A stretch of 31,943 bases of DNA. It comes from Candidatus Aegiribacteria sp. (GTDB lineage Bacteria; Fermentibacterota; Fermentibacteria; Fermentibacterales; JCC-6). The number at the start of each line of letters is the position of its first letter. Position 1 is the stretch's first letter. The translations under genes were made by a program, and so were the position numbers. The stretch lies in NCBI GenBank assembly GCA_046498225.1, contig JAWOBF010000052.1:1-31943 (forward strand), in the 5' to 3' direction. This document shows positions 25,518 through 31,943 of the stretch, one piece after another. The notes under the pieces are model-generated. The model was not told where the DNA came from. It saw only the letters and a program-made list of their open reading frames with translations, and did not search any database.

Positions 25518-27259
25518 AGCTGTCCTTTCCAGGGCCGCAGGACCCGTTCCATCGCGGCCGGGCCTTCCAGCCAGGCAAGTACTATACCGTAATTCGTGAC
25601 GGGGACCCCGGCCAGGGCGAGCCTGTTTATCCGCGCGCCCAGCTTCTGAGTGCTTATCATGCAGCCGCCGCAGTGGATTATCAGGCTGTATCCCTCAAGC
25701 TCCCCGGGTGAGGGGAACTCCCTTCCGAACGCGTGCTCGATAACTACGCCCGGACAGGCCCTGCCCAGTTTCTCCGGTATCTGGACGGTTCCTATGTCCT
25801 CCGCTATCCTGTCGTGGTTGCAGGCCTCCGCTATCAGCACCCTGTCGCCTTCCTTCAGACGGTTCAGAGCATCTGCTCCCTCCGCGAAGAGGGGTAGGTT
25901 CCCCCCGGAGGAGCTGTGTATCATCATTATGGAGAATGTCGTCAGCGGAATCTCCTCAGGGACCCATGCGCTCATGATATCGATGGCCTGGGAATCGGTA
26001 AGGACCAGCTGCACACCCCCGCTTCCGCCCATGGATTCCAGGAACGAGGTGAACTTCTCCCGCTCCCTGCCGGAGATGGACTCCGACCGGCTCCGCGCGA
26101 GTTTCAGGTCCGCGCGATAAAGACCCGCGGGCACTCCCAGTCTCAGAATGTATTCCATCGCCATCTCCTGGGGCCTCAGCAGACGACCGGAAGGGGACTC
26201 CTCATCCAGCGGAATGTGAAGTACCACCGGGGTCCTGTTCTCCAGGAAGGGCAGCAGTTCCACCTCTTTTCTTTCCGCCGGCCTGGATGACCGGATGAAC
26301 CTAACCAGCTCGGGGAGGTTCTCCTGCCTGCTCAGGTCCAGCGTAACGCAGGGCGTGCCCGCCATGTCCAGCAGGGCCGACCTGCAGTACTCCACGGTTT
26401 CCTCCAGCGTGGCGCCGGTTCCAGAGAGTTTCTCCTCATGATCGGAGTGAACGTTGAACACAGCGCAGAGAGTTCCGCCGGTCCTCCTGGAGAGGCTGGA
26501 GACCGTGGTCTCCACATCCAGGTTCCCGGAAAGAAAGGACTGGACCGGGTCCACCACCAGGATGGCCAGGTCCGCCTCCTCCAGGGCCGTGAGGGTCTTC
26601 TTCCTCTTCTTCTCCCCCAGCCCGCTGTCCTCATCCAGCGGAATGTGAAGTACCACCGGGGTCCTGCTGTCCAGGAAGGGCAGCAGTTCCACCTCTTTCC
26701 TTTCCGCCGGCCTGGATGACCGGATGAACCTAACCAGCTCGGGGAGGCTCTCCTGCCTGCTCAGGTCCAGCGTAACCCAGGGCGTGCCCGCCATGTCCAG
26801 CAGGGCCGACCTGCAGTACTCCACGGTTTCCTCCAGCGTGGCGCCGGTTCCAGAGAGTTTCTCCTCATGATCGGCGTGAACGTTGAACACAGCGCAGAGA
26901 GTGCCGCCGGTCCTCCTGGAGAGGCTGGAGACCGTAGTCTCCACATCCAGGTTCCCGGAAAGGAAGGACTGGACCGGGTCCACCACAAGGATGGCCAGGT
27001 CCGCCTCCTCCAGGGCCGTGAGGGTCTTCTTCCTCTTCTTCTCCCCCAGCCCGCTGTCCTCATCCAGCCCGGCGGTATCCAGTATGCGCACAGGCCCGAG
27101 GCCGTGTATCTCCATGATGGAGCTCTTCACGTCCGCGGTAGTGCCCGGGGCCGGGTCCACGATCGATGTCTCCTGCCTTGTCAGGAGGTTCATCAGTGTG
27201 CTCTTCCCCGCGTTTATCCGTCCGAATATTCCCAGAATGAGGCGGTCTACCCGTGGCAA
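25514..27259 (-). CDS. hydF: HydF-like [FeFe]-hydrogenase maturation GTPase with an internal 143-aa duplication
   Basis: P-loop GRINAGKS, PGTT, DTAG, then GRLLRPQ, TDSQA and TTFSI, and FeS ligands ACNH...HCGGC. Confidence 0.85.
   Translation of the reverse strand: MPRVDRLILGIFGRINAGKSTLMNLLTRQETSIVDPAPGTTADVKSSIMEIHGLGPVRILDTAGLDEDSGLGEKKRKKTLTALEEADLAILVVDPVQSFLSGNLDVETTVSSLSRRTGGTLCAVFNVHADHEEKLSGTGATLEETVEYCRSALLDMAGTPWVTLDLSRQESLPELVRFIRSSRPAERKEVELLPFLDSRTPVVLHIPLDEDSGLGEKKRKKTLTALEEADLAILVVDPVQSFLSGNLDVETTVSSLSRRTGGTLCAVFNVHSDHEEKLSGTGATLEETVEYCRSALLDMAGTPCVTLDLSRQENLPELVRFIRSSRPAERKEVELLPFLENRTPVVLHIPLDEESPSGRLLRPQEMAMEYILRLGVPAGLYRADLKLARSRSESISGREREKFTSFLESMGGSGGVQLVLTDSQAIDIMSAWVPEEIPLTTFSIMMIHSSSGGNLPLFAEGADALNRLKEGDRVLIAEACNHDRIAEDIGTVQIPEKLGRACPGVVIEHAFGREFPSPGELEGYSLIIHCGGCMISTQKLGARINRLALAGVPVTNYGIVLAWLEGPAAMERVLRPWKGQL
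26199..27068. repeat. Tandem duplication, 2 x 429 bp, bounded by a 12-bp repeat
   Basis: TCCTCATCCAGC occurs at 26199, 26628 and 27057 (period 429). The two units differ at 10 positions by manual alignment. Confidence 0.95.
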
Positions 27260-27338
27260 GGACCTGTTCCCTTCACTTTGAGTCCTCTCTACTAATCCCG
27301 ATATTTATAGTAAAATCCTCTTCTGGAGGGAATGTACC

Positions 27339-27367
27339 TTGACCTGAACGGTATACTTTACGATAAT
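27339..27367 (+). promoter_or_regulatory. Sigma70-type promoter of tRNA-Ser
   Basis: TTGACC-17 nt-GATAAT followed by a GC-rich discriminator, 17 nt before the tRNA. Confidence 0.55.
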
Positions 27368-27384
27368 TCCGTCCCGCCAGGCGC

Positions 27385-27479
27385 GGAGAGGTGGCCGAGT
27401 ATGGCTTAAGGCGTACGCCTGCTAAGCGTATGAGAGGTGTTAAGTCTCTCCGAGGGTTCAAATCCCTCCCTCTCCGCCA
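27385..27479 (+). tRNA. tRNA-Ser(GCT)
   Basis: Acceptor stem GGAGAGG/CCTCTCC, anticodon arm TACGC-CTGCTAA-GCGTA, long variable arm, T-arm GAGGG-TTCAAAT-CCCTC, discriminator G and encoded CCA. Confidence 0.96.
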
Positions 27480-27715
27480 TTTTGTATCATCAGAAGAAAA
27501 GCATTTTCCGTTTAGAATCAGGCGAGGAAACATGACCGCAGCGCTCTCCCGCTGCTCCGTCCCTGGACACTGTCCAGCGACTCCGCAGGAGTTGTGACCT
27601 GTGGTCACGGCGTATATGTCCTTGCTTGTGAAATAGCTCTTGAGCTTTTCTGATTTTTTTGTCGCTTCATGGATTTTGCAAGCTAGACGCAGTTTCGGAG
27701 TCTTTCTTGTGAGTT

Positions 27716-30346
27716 TCACAAGTGAACTACGGTTGCTTCTCCTACATTACTGTATCGCTCCGGTACACAAGTAAGAATGATGATCTGGCACTCTTTCCCT
27801 GCCTTGGCAAGTACTGCTCCCATCAATTTAAGCCTATCCGGATCTGTGTTCCCCAATGCATCGTCAAAAATGAGAGGCGCACCGCCACTCTCGGAAACTG
27901 TCATGGCACAAGCCAGACGGGATATCAGTGATATCTGCTCCCTGGTTCCTCCGCTAAGTGAGTCGAAGGGCACCTGGCGACCATCCAGCACCCGGCTTGC
28001 AACTGTCAGGTCCTCATCTATTTCAACCTCGAACGTACTGTTGAAGACAAGTCGGCCGAGTCTTTCGATCTTCGCCTTTAGAGGCGCTACATAGGCAAGT
28101 CGCGCCTTGTCCCGTTCCTCTTTCATGACCGTATAGAGTAATTTCGCAGCATCGGCTCTGCGAATCGTAGCTTCGTTTTCGCGCTTCACATGATCAAGGT
28201 GCGTCTGGGCAATGTTGAGCTTTTCATGCAAGCCGTCTTCACCCTGATATTTCAAGCGGGTTCGAACCTGGATCTGTTCTTCCTTCAGATCTTCCAGTTC
28301 CTTCGATACGGTCACCAAAGAACCCTCTGCCGTTTCCAAAAGGGCCCGAACCTTAACAGGATTAAGGTCCTGCAGAGCTTCATCGGCAGCCTTGACTATC
28401 TTCTTCTGCTCATCTGCACGTTCTGAGAGTTTTGCATATTCCTTTTCAAGATCATCGTCAGAGCATTTCTCCCTTTGAAGAGCGAGTTTCTCTTCGTCTC
28501 GTTTTAGCTCCTCCGCCTTGAGATCAAGTTTTATCTTCAGTTCCTGATGCTGTTCTCTCAGTTCGTCCCGAACCCTGCGCGAATATTCCTGACTGGCCCT
28601 TGCCGCTTCCCATGCACTGGAGGTTTCTTCCAGAGTAATCTCTGCCTCTCGCAGTTTCTCTTTGGCGGAATCCAGGTCATCCGGGAGTTCGCAGTCTGAA
28701 GCGCGATTTTCCAAATAATCGGGCACTCCCTTCTCAAGGGCAATAATTCTTCTCTCGAGATCATCATAATCCAGGTCGCGAAGGTCGTTTATCCTGATTT
28801 CTTTTTCTCTATCTAATGTGTTCTGTGCTTCTCTTCTTGCATCGTAGGACTGTCTGGCCTCGTCCGCACTGCTCACTCCAGCTTTCTCGCATAGCTCTGA
28901 AAGGTCTCTCTCCGCCTTTTCCACATCATCCAAGAGCTTTGACGCACTGGAGCCAGCCTCGACCTCTATCTGCAGCGATCCGGGAACTGTAACACTGAGT
29001 CGATCGGAAACGGGGAAGGTCTCTACTTCATTCAGCGAAATATGTGCTGACCTGCCATCAATCTGAAACTCCAGATCATTCAGACCTTTCAGTTTAACAC
29101 ATGGAGCTCCCGTATCAAGCTTCGCCTTTGCCTCCAAAACTCTGCGTTCGGCTTTCTGAATATCCTTCAGTGCTTCCTCATCAACACGATTCTGTTCAAG
29201 GAATTCTTCAGCAATGGCCGAAGCCTCTCTGGCCTTATCGAGCCTTCCCTTGCGTTCCCGCATCTGCACCAGATGAAGTTTATCATTGAAGTAGTCACAG
29301 TCAGCCTGGCAGAGATCACGATAGGATCTGGCTTCTTTGAATTTACTTTCTGCTTCGGCCGCATCGGTTTTTGCCTTCTTCAGTGAGTCCTCGGCATCCT
29401 GCAGCGATTCGATGGATGCAGAACTGGATTCCTCGAGGTCAGACAGCACCTTTTGGGCCGCGGCAATGCTTTCCACAAGCTCCCGGCGCTCCTGCAGGTT
29501 TCGCTCCGCCGTCTGCTTTGATTTCTGTTCCGATTCCAGTTTGAGTTCTGCAGAGGCAAGGTCGTTTTCCAGCTGCACAATATCGCTGAGGGACTGCCTA
29601 TACTCCTTTACCTGTTCCCTCAAATCTGTTTCACGAGAATTGAGGCTCTCCAGTTTATTCTCCAGTTCTGCCCCTCGTTCGACATCATCTTCCAACTCGT
29701 GAATGCGAGTCTTCAGCGATTCCACCTCCGACTCCGCCTCCTCAAGCTCGTTATTCGAATCCTGAAGTTCCTTCCTCTCCCTGCCCGTTTTCGTATAGTA
29801 GCGTTCGTACTCATTACTTACCTTCTCAAACACATTATCCCCGGTGGGATCTGCCCTGCCGCCACCGGCTGCATCATCAAGTGCCGCAGACAATGATGCC
29901 TGGCCGGACAGGTCGGCCTGCTCCACAGCTTCACCCTGTTCAATGTTCAGAGCTTCCCAGAGATCGACATCGATGGTCTCCTGGAGTATTTCATCTGCCC
30001 GATCATGAGCCTCGCGCCCTGTGTAGTTCTCAACACCGGGTTCTGTTACTTTCAGGACGGTCTCCGTATTTCTGTTATACGTTTTGGCGTATGTGAAATG
30101 ATATTGGCCCGTCTCCATTTCAAGCTCTATTTCGGACCCAACGTCCCTCGATACAGGCTTGACGGCTTTGACAGCGCTGCTCCTGCTTGAAGCAGGATAT
30201 TTGAAAAGCAGTCTGATGGCTTCTCCAAGGCTTGTTTTCCCTGCTTCATTAGGCCCTTCAACCACTGTTATACCGTTCGAGCCGAAACTCACCTCAGAAT
30301 CAGCTATACCCCGGTAATTGCGTAAGCGTAGCCGGATCAGTTTCAT
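27716..30346 (-). CDS. Rad50/SbcC-like (YhaN/Rv1278-type) coiled-coil ATPase
   Basis: N-terminal LRNYRG and Walker A GPNEAGKT, a long coiled coil, C-terminal signature LSGGTREQ, Walker B LIFDDALGNTD and QIIILTC. Confidence 0.88.
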   Translation of the reverse strand: MKLIRLRLRNYRGIADSEVSFGSNGITVVEGPNEAGKTSLGEAIRLLFKYPASSRSSAVKAVKPVSRDVGSEIELEMETGQYHFTYAKTYNRNTETVLKVTEPGVENYTGREAHDRADEILQETIDVDLWEALNIEQGEAVEQADLSGQASLSAALDDAAGGGRADPTGDNVFEKVSNEYERYYTKTGRERKELQDSNNELEEAESEVESLKTRIHELEDDVERGAELENKLESLNSRETDLREQVKEYRQSLSDIVQLENDLASAELKLESEQKSKQTAERNLQERRELVESIAAAQKVLSDLEESSSASIESLQDAEDSLKKAKTDAAEAESKFKEARSYRDLCQADCDYFNDKLHLVQMRERKGRLDKAREASAIAEEFLEQNRVDEEALKDIQKAERRVLEAKAKLDTGAPCVKLKGLNDLEFQIDGRSAHISLNEVETFPVSDRLSVTVPGSLQIEVEAGSSASKLLDDVEKAERDLSELCEKAGVSSADEARQSYDARREAQNTLDREKEIRINDLRDLDYDDLERRIIALEKGVPDYLENRASDCELPDDLDSAKEKLREAEITLEETSSAWEAARASQEYSRRVRDELREQHQELKIKLDLKAEELKRDEEKLALQREKCSDDDLEKEYAKLSERADEQKKIVKAADEALQDLNPVKVRALLETAEGSLVTVSKELEDLKEEQIQVRTRLKYQGEDGLHEKLNIAQTHLDHVKRENEATIRRADAAKLLYTVMKEERDKARLAYVAPLKAKIERLGRLVFNSTFEVEIDEDLTVASRVLDGRQVPFDSLSGGTREQISLISRLACAMTVSESGGAPLIFDDALGNTDPDRLKLMGAVLAKAGKECQIIILTCVPERYSNVGEATVVHL

Positions 30347-31473
30347 GAATCCCCTCCGGCGAGTCTTACAAGAAGAGCGAGTGCATCCCGGGCTCTGCTG
30401 GAGGAAGAGTCCGGGTTGGCATCCAGTTCCCGAAGACGCTCAACGGTCTTCTGGGCGAAACCGGACAGACCCAGCTCGGTAAAATCTGTGTCCTCCGGTA
30501 TAACCGTCAGGTCTTTGTAACGTGTCTCAACAGCGCCGGCTATTTCCTTTGCGCCATCGACAAACTCCATCAGATCGCGATTGAGGGACAATGAAACAGA
30601 ACCTGCGAAACGCAGCTTCAGTACCAGGCGTTCCTTGTTCTCCAACCCTTCGAACCACTCCCGCAAAGCCTCCAGGTCCTCCTCTGTGTTCATGTCGATT
30701 CCAGCACGCTCTATGAAGGTCCACTTTCCGATCTCCACTTCCTGTACGGAAACGTCATCTTCGCTGATCCTGGTAACCAGTGCGAATCCGGACTTTACCT
30801 CTTTGAAATCGGTGGATTCGGGAGTACCCGCATACCATGCGCGGCCTGTCTCACCAACATCGGTAACTGAATGCCTGTCTCCAAGAGCCAGGTAATGGAT
30901 CTTACCCCGGGAAATGGCTTTTTCTGAAGCCTCAAGTGAAATGAGCTCGGGACTATCGGGGTCGGGAGCCAAAGAGTCCACAATGCCGTGAGCAGCACAG
31001 ATGCGAACAGTACCGGCAGACTGTTCAAGACCCTCCAGTACCGGAGTTACAAGATCTCTCATGGGGCGCTTGGAAAACCAGGGCACACCAACGATCTCAA
31101 GACCTTCCTCCACCAAGATAGGATCTGAGGAATCGATCACATGTACATGATCTGGCTTTCTTTCCAGGAAAGCACTCCTGCTATAGACAGAAGCCGCATC
31201 CAGCGGATCATGATTCCCGGGAAGCAGATACACTGGAACAGGCAAGTTCTTGAGAGCTTCAACAGCCCGGGAGACTGTTTTTCTGTCAACGTAGTTCGAG
31301 TCAAATACATCCCCGCAGACAAGCATGAAGCTGCACTCTTCCTCCTCGGCAACTCTGCCAAGCTCACGAATGGCATCGAACCGGGATTGGGCATACCTTT
31401 CCCCAACCCCTTCGGAGAAGAAGTGCCTGGTCATACCCAGCTGCCAGTCTCCAGTATGCAAAAAGCGGATCAC
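30343..31473 (-). CDS. Mre11/SbcD-like metallophosphoesterase nuclease
   Basis: Motifs HTGDWQLG, CGDVFD, PGNHD, AHG, YLALGDRH and YAGTPE. ATGA overlap with the ATPase gene. Confidence 0.88.
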   Translation of the reverse strand: MIRFLHTGDWQLGMTRHFFSEGVGERYAQSRFDAIRELGRVAEEEECSFMLVCGDVFDSNYVDRKTVSRAVEALKNLPVPVYLLPGNHDPLDAASVYSRSAFLERKPDHVHVIDSSDPILVEEGLEIVGVPWFSKRPMRDLVTPVLEGLEQSAGTVRICAAHGIVDSLAPDPDSPELISLEASEKAISRGKIHYLALGDRHSVTDVGETGRAWYAGTPESTDFKEVKSGFALVTRISEDDVSVQEVEIGKWTFIERAGIDMNTEEDLEALREWFEGLENKERLVLKLRFAGSVSLSLNRDLMEFVDGAKEIAGAVETRYKDLTVIPEDTDFTELGLSGFAQKTVERLRELDANPDSSSSRARDALALLVRLAGGDS

Positions 31474-31491
31474 AGGTATGCCCTTACCATT

Positions 31492-31941
31492 TCACTTCTC
31501 CTGTCGGTCAAGGTTTTCCAGCTCCAGCCAGTAATGGAACGCCTCAATGTTAAAAGCTTTCAATCTGTTAAGAACATGCCTTTTCTCGAGTTGCTTATCG
31601 CGCAGTTCATCAGCTTTATACCGAATGAACCGGGCACCTGCAATATCTGATGGAATCGCATCCTGTTTCAGTAAGCCTGCCAGATACGCAACCCTGGCTG
31701 CAGATACCTTTGCGTCATCAATTCTGTACGGGGGACCTATGAGATGATTTTGTATACGTGAAATGCCATTCGAAATCAGTTTTGTGTGATCATCTGCAAT
31801 CCCGCCCTTTAGATTCAACTGACATATCAGGGCTGAAGTATCAATCGTATCATCAAGAGCATCCATCAAAGAAAATCGGTTCCCTCTGTAACCGTTTTCA
31901 GCAGTAAAGATATCGGTATATCTTCGATCTCGCATGGGGTG
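31492..31941 (-). CDS. C-terminal part of a probable AbiEii/AbiGii-family nucleotidyltransferase toxin (5' partial)
   Basis: The frame is open to the window end. The C-terminus AARVAYLA...LNRLKAFNIEAFHYW resembles ends of long AbiEii-type proteins as I recall them. The catalytic N-terminus is not in the window. Confidence 0.5.
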   Translation of the reverse strand, partial: HPMRDRRYTDIFTAENGYRGNRFSLMDALDDTIDTSALICQLNLKGGIADDHTKLISNGISRIQNHLIGPPYRIDDAKVSAARVAYLAGLLKQDAIPSDIAGARFIRYKADELRDKQLEKRHVLNRLKAFNIEAFHYWLELENLDRQEK

Positions 31942-31943
31942 AA

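Noticed and set aside
27385..27479. Possibility that the long-variable-arm tRNA is tRNA-Sec
   Set aside because: The anticodon is GCT and the acceptor stem is 7 bp, so it is an ordinary tRNA-Ser. selC is not in this window.
27273..27719. 148-aa and 68-aa ORFs across the tRNA
   Set aside because: They overlap a clear tRNA and its promoter and have no protein features.
1..31943. CRISPR array or rRNA
   Set aside because: No regularly spaced short repeats or rRNA-like sequence were seen.

Overview
GC-rich anaerobic-bacterium DNA. The secreted proteins with T9SS/FlgD-Ig-like C-terminal domains, the gingipain and the FG-GAP proteins suggest Ca. Fermentibacterota/FCB-group (inference). The core-like part encodes a DUF89 and a HAD phosphatase, three secreted peptidases (M28, C25, M16), a metallophosphoesterase, an ABC-F ATPase, a MATE transporter, a four-gene operon headed by a HydF-like GTPase, and tRNA-Ser(GCT). 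Three lower-GC accessory patches are interspersed: (i) a truncated IS200 tnpA plus two diverged paralogues flanking an FG-GAP gene; (ii) a methyltransferase and a PemK/MazF toxin-antitoxin pair with attC-like remnants; (iii) an island edge at the tRNA with an Mre11/Rad50-like pair and an AbiEii-like fragment. The best hidden signal is at 9545-10708 (-), where two ORF-track fragments form one gene. It is a signal-peptide, five-repeat FG-GAP protein with a sorting domain, interrupted by a single in-frame TGA followed by Cys and by a bacterial SECIS-like hairpin, i.e. a probable secreted Sec-Cys selenoprotein. The hydF-like gene also carries an in-frame 429-bp tandem duplication bounded by 12-bp microhomology.
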